DNA from: Lingula anatina | Taxonomy: Eukaryota; Animalia; Brachiopoda | Reading direction: 5' to 3' | Length of the DNA: 64,000 nucleotides | Assembly (NCBI GenBank): GCA_051362555.1 | Contig: CM120647.1 | Span: forward strand, 17,956,651 to 18,020,650 | Part shown: piece after piece, positions 1-12,964 of the stretch | How the letters are laid out: each line of letters opens with the position of its first letter | Position numbering within the stretch: position 1 is the first letter of the stretch | Position numbers and translations under genes: made by a program | The notes under the pieces: generated by a model | What the model was told of the DNA's origin: nothing | What the model saw: the letters and a program-made list of their open reading frames with translations, nothing else | Database searches by the model: none

Positions 1-19
1 ACTACTAGTACTACTACTC

Positions 20-81
<62 letters not shown>

Positions 82-872
82 TATTATTATTATTGTATAG
101 CAGTTAGCTGCCTGTTTGATTGATTAATAAAGACACAGTGTGTAAGGCTGACAAGTATTATTCAACGTACAAAGTATTTTTTAAAATATTATCGCACATT
201 GAAGTAAACTCCGTTTCAAAAGAAAAATCACAACCCAGCTTTCAATGAGAGATATTGTATAATTTGCATAATTTGCAGAGATCATTGGAATTGGCTGTTG
301 CATGAGAGATCAAAGCAACATAATTTTCAATCATCTAAAGTACCAGCCAGTAGTTTCTAGGAAGGTCTCTACCCCAAAACGTAGCTATCCTAATGTCTAC
401 ATGTAGACTTTAATTGCAAATTATTAAAGAGAGGCAAATCTTCGTACGAGATCTATATTTCACTGTAAAAACATTGTTAACAACTCACAGAAATATAATA
501 TATTTCATTTTACCACAAAAACGGCAGTTAAAGCAGTTATTCTGAAATCTATGATTGCCATCAGACCATGTGACCCCCATAGATGGCTATACAATGTAAA
601 AATCTCTTAAGAGATTATAAAAAAATAGAAAAAAAACAGGGACTAACATTGAATGTAGAAATGGATTCATTAAACATTGGTAAGTATTGAAAAATTGTTG
701 TTCACTCCAGGAAAATTCATTTTTTTGGCCAAAATGAACAGTTGTTATCCCTTAACGCGTGCTTCCCTAGTACTCCCTGCAGAGAACGTTTTGAGTCTTT
801 CCCTGTCCAAGATATTTACTTGGCACAGTATTCAATACGGGACATTTTGGGTGTTGACCTCCAGAAAACTGA

Positions 873-1007
873 TATAAATAATGGCGAACAAATTCCTTTG
901 GTCCAAATCTGTTAAAAATCTCCAGGAGAGCAGCGGTCAATTCGTTTGATACCCACCAATTTGCTCTAAGATAAGGTGTGCAGTGAAAGTATATTTCAAA
1001 GGTGAGT
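873..1007 (+). promoter_or_regulatory. Putative TATA box and 5'UTR exon of subtilase A
   Basis: TATAAATA at 873-880, a strong donor AAG|GTGAGT at 1002, and an acceptor ttccag at 1587 before the ATG exon. The block is homologous to about 26920-27240 upstream of subtilase C. Confidence 0.45.
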
Positions 1008-1615
1008 ATATAATCTTGTGTTTTATTTGGTTTAATATTCAACCATAATATAATAATAAAACTGCAACCAAAGGCATACAAATATAACGAAATGGTAAAG
1101 GATATAGGAAATTTGTTAAAAATTTTTGTATCAAATCTATATTCCAAAAATTAAAAGTACGTACTCCACTTAAAAATTTGTTATTCATCGTGAGGTTAGT
1201 TACTTTCAGCTGTATGCATATATTTCTCATTTCTAAATAATCGCTCAGTTTTAAAAGAATCAAGATACATTTACACCCCAAGCGTCTCCCTGGTACCGGT
1301 ATGTCAGAAAAAAATATTGACATTTTATTTGTTTTTTTTTAAAGTTTTTTTTAGCTGACTTTCCTGTAGTGAAGGGCACATGCCCCCACCCCGGTACGGG
1401 ATCTGGAGTAATAAAAAGACGTGTAGAGTCCATGGTTTAATGTGTCAGTGTGCATTAAAAAATAATAGAAATAAAAATAAATAATTAAACATGACTTTAG
1501 GGCATTTTCTAACGCGTATTAAATAACTTTTAGTAATTTTTTAATAACTTTTGGGATATTACATTCGCTTTCTTATGTTATTTCCAGAATATTGCAACTT
1601 TGCAACCAAGACAGC

Positions 1616-4157
1616 ATGTACGGAAGAGTTCCTCTTGCGCTGTTGCTACTGGCAACCACAGCCAGTGCTGTACCCTGGTGGTATTCCGACATGAAGCCTC
1701 CAATAGAAAGTCCCACCAACCAAGCTAGCAACCCGGGAGCTCAACCTAGCAACAACAACAACAATAACCAAAGATATGGCTTCTTCTTGTACAACCCTAA
1801 CAACAACAACAACAACAACAACAATAACAACAATAATAACAACAACAACAATAATAACAACAACGACAACAGCAACAACAACAACAATAAATACAACAAT
1901 AACAATAATAACAACAATAACAATCAATCACCTGACATCAGTGGAGCTTCGGTGATCAATGTGCCATTGAACAGTGCGCGCCGCGGGGGGTCTAAATCAG
2001 GTATGGTATTCTTTTAAAAAGTTCATATTCTTTTTTCGACAATTTTTGCACATTTTTTTTTTATTTTACCGTTATAATTTTCGACTGTTGCTTGATAATC
2101 TTAAGAAGTATTAGTTTGTTTTGATTTTTAAATCGCCACTTTTTCTTTCCGTTGTCTCTGAATCCAGATTTGGAATACATTTCCTAAAAATACGTATTCG
2201 GCTGGAGGACACGGCCTCTTTTTAAGTTTCACTAAAAGGAAATTTGCACACAGGTATACAGCAATAACGAGGGTGCAGAGAGGAGAATAACATTGACTAG
2301 TAACATATTGGTAGTCTCCATTTCTTGGATCAGTCTTCTTATTGTGCACCGCCAAGGCCTGGCTCCATTCCTTAAGCGCAATTCTTAAAAAGAGAAAAAG
2401 ATTTAAGACAAGCAGAGATTCTTCATGTTTCAAAAATTCTGTTTCAAAAGTCTGCGACATTAAACCGAACCCACGACGAGTGTCAGCAAAATTGAAACTG
2501 CACCAGTAATATCTATTAATGCCTTGTTTTTGTTTTTTCCACTATATCTCTTCATATACAACATTGGTCAAAAAGGCTGTCCCACCCCCATTTCCATGTA
2601 CTTTTATTTATTACTGTACTGTTATTACTGTTGTATACCACAGTGTCCCGAAGAGCCAGTGGAGTATAGTAATATTTTTTATAATGTATTACAACTGACT
2701 TGAAATATTTTCTCAATTTTTAGGGAAATTCATCGTCACGTTCCAGTCACATGTCAGTCCATTTAACGGTAAGGCACATAAAATCACCCTACTGCGGTAA
2801 TAGAAATTTCCAGTAACAGCCTAATGTTAGATAGAGGTCACTGGAAATTCAACTCTTGTCAGCTTACTTCTGTCATTTCAAACAACACCCTCACCCTGTT
2901 AGCAGAGTTAAGATTGGGGTGTTTTCTAAACCTGACCGTGTCCAAAATGGCCTTAATGGTTTGAGATTCGTGAAAGTAATATATCTTAGTATCCGTCCGT
3001 CTGTCCACACATCTATCTATCTATCTATCTATCTATTTTATTCATGTTTAACGTCAAATAAATCCTCTTTTGATTGTTAAATCAACCGGTCAACCAGAAC
3101 CTACATGTAGTATTACATTAATATTTTTCACCTTGCCAAGCAAGAAAAAGAATAAATTATAACAAAAATCAAACGAAATAACTATAAATTAAAAAAATCG
3201 CACTAGCACTCGTACTTATATAATAATAGCGTTGATTCGTTTGGATTTACTTTAATCCTGTTAATTTGCAATTATTGAAGTCGGTACCATTTAACTTAAG
3301 AGCATCATTACTATAGTTATTCTATTGCCATTTATTCATTTAATCGGCGGATAAGATATATATCCTTTTTCTCTGTGATTTTCAGCGCGTTATTCCATTG
3401 GCTTCAATAAAGTGAAAAAATTGCTGTCATTTAATCGTCGCGGACTTGTTGCTATAGTGGATGGGATGGACCAAAGGTGAGTTTCAGTTTCTGACGTGGC
3501 TGACGATCCGCAAGATTGCATTAAAACGTAACTTGGACCTAAATATCTCTTATTATGTCCATGTACGTATCCATGTAGTTTTCCTTTGCGCTCGCGTGTG
3601 TGTTGGTGAGCCGCGAGCACGTGCGTGTGTGTATTCAGGTCTTTATGTTATTTTTTTGCCGTGTTTGTCGTTAGAGTGTATTGGTGCGTGTGTTTGTGTG
3701 TTGTGTTGTGTTCTGTGTGTGCGTGCATGTGTACATATATGTGTGAGTGTATGTGTACATATATGTGTGAGTGTATGTGTGTGTGTTCGATTCCATATGT
3801 AACTGTATGTTGATACTTGGTAGCATCAAGTCCAAGTAACAATAACTGTAGCTGTGACTACCTAAGAGTCAGGTTGTATGCTAGAAAGTGGAATAAATTA
3901 CCTGTGGACTTGAGAAGCATTAACTCAGTGGAGTATTTTAAAAAAGCTTTAAAAACATACCTTTTTCACAAATTTTATTAAAGAACATTTTATAACTCGG
4001 AAACATTAACTGGACATCATTATCTTAACTCAGACTCTTAGGTCATAATTTTATTAATTCAATTCATCTTAACTTTGTTTTTAGTTTTTAGTTTGTAAAG
4101 TGACTTTATTTATTTTTTTATTTTATGGGTTTTAGATTTTAAATAAATAAATAAATA

Positions 4158-4200
<43 letters not shown>

Positions 4201-6891
4201 CCACTTCTGCTGTCATGCCTTTCAAGCCACATTTTCCTTCCCGTTTTTAGTACCGCGCAGGCGCTAAGGCAGCGACCGGACGTCCGGTCAGTGAGAGAGG
4301 ACATAGAAGTCCATGCCACACAGTGCTTAAACCATCCAGCATATTACAGAGACAGATGGGTAAGGTTTCGCCATTGTAATAGAGTAAATTAACACTAATA
4401 TACTGTACTTGACAGAACATGCATAATTTCCTTTAATAATAATAAATAATAATAAATTTATTTTGAGTCTAAAATCCATTTCAGCATGTTCAGAAGACTT
4501 TACATATACATAAAACAATTACTTAAGAAATTTATTATTGGGAATAGATAGATATAAAATTACAGAGCTTAACGACAAAAAAAAATTAAGAGTATTTTAG
4601 ATAAAACATACTGATTCTCATATAAAAAGTACTTACACTACATAACTAAAATATATTTGTTAAGAAAAAATAATCAATTCAATTCAAGGTAAAAAAAACA
4701 GCCTTATTTGCACACAGAAAAAATAAATATAAGTAGAACAGCCTTTTTTCTTTTAGTGCACAAATGCAATTACTAAAAAATTTGTAAAATAAATTTAAAA
4801 GTCGATTAGTCAAAAAATTTCCTGAATAGGTATGTCTTCAATTCTTTTTTAAAATACTTGGTAGACTCAATTGATCGGATTTCCAGTGGTAATAAATCCC
4901 ATTCCTTTGGACCTGCTGATTTAAAAGAAATGTCACCATAAGCTTTTAGGCGCATTTTTACCGGCTTAAGTAACAATTTGTCTGCAGACCGCAGGTTTCT
5001 TGCTGGAACATAGTAGTGACTAATTCACTTAAGTAGATCGGTGCAACTTTATTAAAAGGATCATGAACAAAAACTAGAAATTTAAATAAAATCCTGGCTT
5101 GCAGAGGTAGCCAATGTAACACTTTTAAAACTGGGATGATATGGTTACTCATGGATGTACGAGTTAATAATCTAGCTGAGATGTTCTGAATACGCTGCAG
5201 TCTTTTAATCTGTTTTTTTTTTTTTTTGGACAACCATATAAAATAGATGTTACTAAACAATTTGTAACTGTAGCTGCAGCAGAGTCAGATAGGTGATTAC
5301 GAATTGCGCCTATATTCCTAATGATATATACCGCTGACTTGCATATGCCAGCAATTTGCTTATTCATAGAAAGTGTTCTATCTAAAAAAACACAAAGATT
5401 CTTAGCATGGGGCATTGGCTTTATGATACTAGATCCAATTTTGAGTTCAATTTTTTCTGATATTTTTTGATTATGTGGTTGGGTTACAACTAAAAGTTCA
5501 GATTTTCCATCATTGATTTTCAGCTTATTTCTTATCAACCACCCTCGTAGATCACGTACTACACGTTTCCATCTATCTTTTTTTTTTGTCATTAAAAAAA
5601 CTTTTTACTTCAGGGTCTTGACAGTCTTGACGGGGTGGCAAACGACGACCAATTTCGTATTGATGGTGACGGATCTGGTGTAGATGTTTACGTTTTGGAT
5701 ACAGGTCAGTATGACACAGCTTGGGGAAGGGGGGAGGGAGGGTAAGAGTTCGGTTAAACCCCCCTGGCTAGGCTATTGGCTTTGAAACATACCATTTTTT
5801 AGTGAATGCACTGAAAAGTGAAGATTTTAATAACAGATTTGTTCTTGTTTCTAGCAAAACATCATCGAGCTTGTTGTATTTACCCAGAAGGTATTAGTTC
5901 TTTAGCATTCTTTAATGTAAGAAAAATAGAACAATATGAAAAATATTAGATCTCCAAATGTGGACGCTTGTTTGCAAAGGTTAAATAGAGATATGGATAG
6001 AAAAAATACACGCAGACAAATAGACTGACAGACGGACAGACAGACGTGTGAAAAACTCAGACGTGTGAATCAAGACCAGTTTTTCTTCACAAGGTATAAG
6101 GCGCGGACACATCGCCTTTGATGGTTACCACAGCCCGAGCACAGACCGAGTGGACTCCCTTCACTTCGACAGCTACGGTGGGGACGGTTCTGACGACAAC
6201 TATCACGGAACAATGGTGGCCGGATTTGTAGGCGCAAATATCTGGGGAGTAGCGAAGGAAGCTACACTTATACCAGTAAGCTGAGCCACCGCTATTTCTG
6301 TTCTACTGTTTGGGCCCACGCAATCCAAAATGGCAGTCAAACTACGGTCTTCAATGTTTCAGATTTTTTTTTTCGCTACTCAATTTATGGATGTCATTAT
6401 GAAATCCTTTATGGCTGATGTTAGAAAAAGTTTTCAAATGTTTATCAGTCAATCTATTTTAACTGCATTATAAAAAGTGAATGATCAAAGTTTTCTTATA
6501 AAATATTTCAATGTGGACTTAAAAAAGTTTCGAAGACGTTGGTTAGATTCTTGTATGGACGCACAAAGACAAAAATGAGGTGCAAAATCAAACCGTAAAA
6601 TATTTCCAGGTAAAGGTTCTCAATCGATATGGCAGCGGCTACGTGTCAGACATATTAGCTGGGCTAAATTGGATTCTCGAGCAAGTAGGGTCTACGGGGA
6701 GAAATCGCCCCTCGGTCATCAACATGTCTTTAGGAGCGTCAAACCTGGGTCCCAGTTATTTTGATGGTCCTATAGACGCCCTACGAGACATGGGTGTCCT
6801 CACAGTGGTGGCAGCGGGGAACGAGGGGACAGACGCTTGCTTAAGCGATCCGGCTAAGGTGCCCTCTGCCATAACCGTCGGTAAGTTTTTT

Positions 6892-6925
<34 letters not shown>

Positions 6926-7794
6926 CATTGCATGTAGCACTGAGAATGCACAATACGCAATATATCTTAGTTGCCTTATTCAAAAAGAATAGTTCAGAAT
7001 ATTCGAAACTTTGATAATACAATTAAAACATTACTTAAAGTAAAATACATTTATGATGACACTACGGCGCCCCGTAGCGTTCAACAACTTTTTTTTTTTT
7101 TGGATAATTTAAAACCAGTCTTACTACTTTTCCACCTTCTTCCTTCGCAGGCGCAGTGGACAAATACAATCACCTAGCCTCATTTTCGAACACTGGATCC
7201 TGTCTCGACATCTTCGCCCCGGGGGTGTTGGTGGGGGGTCCAAACTACGCACGTCCAGACACTGAGTTAATGTCTTATATATATGTGAGTTTAATCATGA
7301 AATAAAGACTCTCTTTTTTCACTAACTCCAGTTTATCTGTAAAAAAATGCATAAGGATTAGGAAAGAAGAAGGTTTCTCTGGAATGTCAGTTTCTCTGTA
7401 TGGACTTTCAGTTTGTCACATATCTTAAGAAAAATTTCAATGATTGATTTCAAGAGTATATTTTGATAATACTACTCTTTCTGTCTGCGCTGTAGTTCAC
7501 TCTCCCAATTGCGTTTTAAATTCTGACTTGACCAGTGTATTCCCATTTATTCCCCTTTACAACATATATAATATACCACACGTAACCGTTCTCTTCCAGG
7601 GTTCAGGGACGTCATACTCTGCACCACTTGTTGCTGGAGTCATAGCCGCCTATATTTCAACGCTGTCTTCCACGTCTTTCACTGCGGCGTTTGCAAATGA
7701 TGTAGAGGGTTATATCCTAACCAACGCCGCTCCTCTACTACAGGGCGGGTCACCTTCCTATACTAATATGCTGCTTCGTACTCTCTGTACATAG
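1616..7794 (+). CDS. Secreted S8 subtilase A (proteinase K/aqualysin-like), about 500 aa: signal peptide, poly-Asn, I9-type propeptide, catalytic domain
   Basis: Coding exons 1616-2000, 2724-2768, 3386-3476, 4251-4359, 5614-5704, 6094-6275, 6610-6880, 7151-7284, 7600-7794, all GT-AG and in frame (1503 nt). Motifs: KFIVTF (propeptide), WGLDSLD, VYVLDTG (Asp), HGTMVAG (His), INMSLG, AAGN (oxyanion Asn), DIFAPG, GTSYSAP (Ser). Confidence 0.93.
1750..1926 (+). repeat. Coding (AAC/AAT)n microsatellite giving a poly-Asn tract in subtilase A
   Basis: In-frame mixed AAC/AAT codons inside the first coding exon. Confidence 0.95.
4435..5592 (-). mobile_element. 5'-truncated, frameshifted L2/CR1-group LINE (3' part of ORF2) in an intron of subtilase A
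   Basis: ORFs 5164-5592 and 4958-5260 give RT C-terminal motifs NKLKINDGKSE, LQRIQN, LHWLPLQARILFK. On the minus strand AATAAA and an (ATT)n tail lie at about 4435-4465. Confidence 0.85.
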
Positions 7795-9371
7795 ACGGTA
7801 CAGCGGTATTGCTGAATGGGCTTTTTTACTTGTTTTTTTATTTGTTTGTTTGTATTTTACTCGCTGTTCATAGAGTGGAAAATCTACATAATGTATTATA
7901 ACGGTGAATGTAACAGGGTGGTTCACAGAAAACTCCATATATTACTTTCCATCTCATTTTAAAATTGATCGTTGTTTACTGGACCACCCTCTCATTACAG
8001 TTTTACAATGTCTCTTCTGACAGTAATTACACGTAGCTTGTAAAAATATGCTATTGCGATGCAACTTTGTACAATTCAGCAGACTGTAAATTTTTTTGTT
8101 TGCATTTAGCGCTCAAAACCTTAATGGTGGCCGCTCATTTGCAAAGGAGAGACCTTAGCAAACCTGTGTGGTGTGGCATCCTTTAATCGCGTTGTTTGCT
8201 TTTACTTTCCATTCGGCAGTTTTGTATCACCTATGAGTTCAATAAGTGAAATCCAAGTCTTTGACTGACAAATTTGAACTTTTTTATTTTAGTTTTATTT
8301 CTGCTATTTATTCACGTATATTGCATGTAAATAAACACTTTCCCCATGCTTTCTGGCGCCTCTGAGTTCTGATGCTTTGATGTATGAACTAATTCTATGT
8401 AAGAATAAAGAAATGATTGATACATTATTTGTATTTAAATTTTCTGACACGTTTCAATGGGTTAGAGACCATTGACGAGCAGCATATTAATGGCCTTCAA
8501 GACCTGAAGCCAGTGGCACTAAATAACAGGCCCCACTTTCACAAAAAAAGTCAGTTCCCTGGCGCTTAGTTGAGTAGGATTTCCATGAGAGTGCTGTTTC
8601 AGTGTTCCTGATAGGGTAAGATGTGCCCATGTGACCATGTAACCTTGGTAAATAAGTTATTTAGCCAAGGAACCGGACTAAAGCCAGTGCCACAAAATAG
8701 CTTTAGGTCGAAAACATGTTTTATCTTTCTGACCACCTTGGTGTGATATTAATCAGTCGTAACCCAATTAAATAAATAACGTGTCTGTTTTATAACAGGA
8801 GAAATGTTTTTTTTTTTTTTTTTTTTTTTTTGATAGTTGCTTCCACCTTATTTCACTTTATGACTTACATGTGTTACATCACACACATTAAATACAATAC
8901 AGTTGGTACGTGTTTGTTGTTTGTCATGGTGATTCAGTCTAGGCAAAATTTCGAGCATGGAATAATCTCAGACACTGTCTGTAGTCGTGTGTCATTTTTG
9001 GGTATTACTGAAGGATGTCATGCATGCCTTCTACTTCTATGGCCGGACATAACCTTGCCCAGGTCTATGTGCATTAATAAAGTGATCGATATGCCTTCAA
9101 AGCGAGTAAGGTCTATCAAAAAGATACCCTTGCTTACGTCCCAGCCATCTTAGAGGCCACAACAAACACTTCTGAGGTCTGATATGTAGAAATGTGTATG
9201 CTGACTTGCAATTCAGTAGGAAAACGCAGACATTTCCGTAGGAGTACTGCCCTAATTTCATTAATTACTCTTCTTTAGTCGGTTTGGACATGCATGTTAT
9301 GACTTATGTGCATATTGGTCAACATCCTTAGTGCCGTTATGGCCAATGAAATCACAAAATATGAAATTCAA

Positions 9372-9441
9372 TCTCTCTCTCTCCGTTTCTCTCTCCCTCT
9401 CTCTCTCTTTCTCCCTTTCACACACACTTTCTCTCTCTCTC

Positions 9442-9516
<75 letters not shown>

Positions 9517-9737
9517 TACATACACAGGGGCGGATCCAGAGATATTTTCTGACAGTCTTCCATATTATATTTGTTGATCCATCCTCCATTTTTTGACCGT
9601 CTTCCGACAGAAAAAATTAGATACCCGTCAATGTAAACTTGAAAATCTGACCGTCTTCCGGAAGACCCAGAAGACGGCCTAAATCCGCCCCTGATACACA
9701 CCCTCTCTCTCATTCTCTCTCTCTCTCTCTCTCTCTC
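9372..9737. repeat. (CT)n microsatellite interrupted by a MITE
   Basis: Long CT runs at about 9372-9510 and 9702-9737. Confidence 0.9.
9525..9693. mobile_element. MITE with CAGGGGCGGAT terminal inverted repeats
   Basis: caggggcggat at 9525 and atccgcccctg ending at 9693; non-coding interior. Confidence 0.7.
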
Positions 9738-11227
9738 ATGACATCGAAGATTCCTTTTCAGTTCATTTCAGTTCAGTTTAGGACAGGCACCGTACTTTTG
9801 ATAAAAGAAGTAGGAACATTTAGAACTAAACGAAATGTGATGCCTACTCTGTGGTAAAAAGACGAGGGAGGAAAAACATTTCTTATTTTCAAATTCAAGT
9901 TGCTCATTTTATTAATCAGCAGGACAGCACTTCTACATGTGCATGTACAACTGTTAAGCATAAGTTATTCACGAGTTCACTTGCATAAGCTCTGATAGGG
10001 AACTGGCTACAATCTTTGGTTGGGTTACAAATCATGGTTACAACCTTTTTGAGCACGTCACTAGTTAACTTAACTATTTTAACATAAACTAAAAACTGAC
10101 GGCTTGGTGCGTTATATGCCTGTCACATACAACAGTACACTGTATAGGCGTATAGACTCCTTTTCCAACAAACCCGCAGGATATGCGCATATCTAAGGTG
10201 AACAGAGTGAACATATGTTACATTTTTGCATTTTCAGTGAAATCGAAAAGAAGTCTCCTTGCCTGCGTCTTGGTAAGTTGTTATTTCACATCTGCCTTTA
10301 ACCCACGAATAAAGTACGTCACGTGACTTAAAATATCGAATCAAATGATCGAGCTCATTAGTTTATTTGTTAATTACCTATACAATGTACGTTGTACTTT
10401 AAACCATTAGACCTTAGCAAATTCTGATTAAACAGGAAATTTTAACACGCTGTGCTCCATTTTAAGCACCATATCGTGAACCGTTGACGTTTATGACTTA
10501 CAAATCGGGTTTTGAAGGTTTTATTTTTAAAAATTTTCAGCAACTGTCGTAGATGCACGTGGTAAAATCCACCCGAAAGGTTAAAATCTCGAAAACGGCC
10601 GTATTGGTTTCTCAGGGGTTCTGGATAGGTGTTACCATGACGATACAGATGTGGTTGAAATGTCCAGAAATATGTGTCATATGCACGATGCGGGCTCCAG
10701 TGTTATTTGAACAAAGTGCATTTTACAATACCCCAGGGGGCCAGTAGCCTCGAGCTCCACTCTCCACCTCCCTCTGTGGTTCAGTGTTGATTTAAAACTC
10801 TCCCTCTACAATAAGTATTCAATAGCTGTTACTCTGGGGATGAGTGGAGGGGTCAACAATAAGATAACGTGTCACAAACTTATGACAAATTTTATGTCTC
10901 GCGTGAAAGATCTCGATGTGCCATCGGCTATCTGCGTCAGTCTCAAAATGACACGGGTGGCTCTAAGGTATTATTCCATCACATCTTTATTGAAGGCATA
11001 TTCTCTTACACAACCTAGATGCAGTCTTATAAATAAAGATGGCTTTCAAAGACCGACTTAAGTCAGTTTATATTTTAATATTGTGTAAGTTGGCTATGCT
11101 GGGTCCAGGGTTCTGTATTTACCTTTGGGGCACGAACTGTGTATAACTATCTATCATGCAGCGTGGGTTGCGGAGGCGTTTAGCGATTGCCATGATTCTG
11201 CAACGTGTTCAAGATTCATCCCAGGTC

Positions 11228-11365
11228 TATAAACGTAGCTTACTTCAGACGGCTCAGTCATTTGCACGTCGCCGTGAGTTCAACGATCACTGAGAACTGC
11301 AGAATATCTGAGAAGACGCGGTTTCCTAACCCACCCTAAGTTTGGAAAAAATAATTTTGGTGAGT
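11228..11365 (+). promoter_or_regulatory. TATA + initiator core promoter and 5'UTR exon, probably of subtilase B
   Basis: TATAAA at 11228, TCAGTC (Inr-like, A at 11256) 28 nt downstream, and donor G|GTGAGT at 11360. The ATG-containing exon of subtilase B has an otherwise unpaired acceptor at 17648. Confidence 0.6.
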
Positions 11366-12964
11366 GTGGATTTAGTGAAATTGTTTCATGTACGTAATGT
11401 CTTCACTGTTCTTTTTAAATTTTGCTCGTTCGAAAAGATTTCATGCAAAGTATAGGTTTGAAGTAATTGAGTTGGTAGGCAAAAAATGCAGCCCTGAACT
11501 GAGGAGAATTAGTTAAACTAATTGATAAAACGATCGAAAAATGGGCAATCACTTACGATCAGTCAGTAAGCTATTTTTATTAAGAAAAGGAGCAATACAT
11601 CTTCGGCAGCATGTATAACATTGCGCTCTACCATATTTTTTCTCTAGCTGTTACAAAATTGGATGAAAGTGTTTCGTCCAATTCTATAATAGCTGGACAA
11701 GACAAAGAAGACCCATGTTAAAAGGCAGTATAACATAGTGCAGGTTTTATCCATTTAATTCATTTTAGTTAAATAACTTTTAGTTTTAATATGTATTGGT
11801 AATGTGCAGCATATATCTTTCTGTTTGTGCCTGTGCATGCATATTTGTAATAATAAATTTATATGTGATAAACTTTTATTAAGGCTTCAAGGATATTACA
11901 AATACGTCTAAAACTCGATTTTTGGTTTTTTATATGTTAGAAATAATCAATATTGGATCTAATACTGAATTAAATTATATTTTTGCAACACGGACTAAAA
12001 ATATACATTTGGACGAGTTTTTCTACCTGTCCTGACTGGTAAGCGTGGCAGCCATTAGCCATTAGCACCGTTACTATGGGGGGCGTCTTGGTGTGTAGAG
12101 CGGTGTCCACGCACGACGGGAGGCATTGTCCTCTGCTTGCACCTCAAGTAATTTGCTTTTTGTTTGTTAGCGCTTCCTTAGACACTTCCTAGACAGTGCA
12201 CAGACTCCTACTGCGTCAGGCACAATTATGATTAATTACGTCTGTAGGTAGGCCTTCTCAGCTGTCAATCATTTCTCAGGGAAGAGCGGCTTTCGTGGTG
12301 CGAATAAGTTTGCGTACAAAAGTAAGATTTTCTGGCATCTAGATAGAAACAAACAACCCAATTTTAACACATAATGGTATATAGACCTTCCCGATCAATA
12401 AGATGATAACAGGTAAGGTGGAGGTGCAATTAATTCGCTAAATTAGCCCAATTACCTAAGCCAAATGGTTTATGAGCGATTTCTCAGCTTTGAAGATTGA
12501 TAACATAGTCTAAACTTCAATCCCCATATCCCATTCTTTGATCATATCCCAAATTTGATGTGTCTGTGTTTCAGTATAATATCTAGTCGACTGCGTCTTG
12601 GATTTTTGATTGACCTTTTATTTTTGAAGTTATTAATGCTGAAAGTGGAAGGTCCATATATATTTCGTAAAATTCACGTTTTATCAAAATAAAATCAAAA
12701 GTAAAAATAATAAGAGAAAATCCTGACAGAGTTTACTGGTTTTTGTGCTAACCTTTAGACAGCTATTTCAATCGTATTAATAGGGTTTTTTGTTCAAGAG
12801 AAAATCTTGATTAAAAAAATGACAATTTTAGCCCCAAAACGCTGATATTACGTCACTCGTGTTACACTGTGACTACAAACTTTGGAAAATTGTTTTGCTT
12901 GATAGACCATATCCTTTAGTTAATAGGAAATTTAATTAGCTGCATTAGTTTTGGACTTTTTTGT

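Noticed and set aside
767-1323. ORFs of 94-126 aa on the minus strand (similarly 39310-40038, 60842-61232)
   Set aside because: They have AT-rich compositional bias, no recognisable motifs and no splice-consistent structure.
1646-1927. Hydrophobic poly-Val/Ile/Leu ORFs on the minus strand (also 27772-28032)
   Set aside because: They are antisense shadows of the AAC/AAT poly-Asn repeat.
9306-9713. SLSL/RERE and CVCV/HTHT ORFs (also 3461-3842, 29885-30320, 42570-42800, 53950-54225)
   Set aside because: They are translations of dinucleotide or tetranucleotide microsatellites in introns or intergenic DNA.
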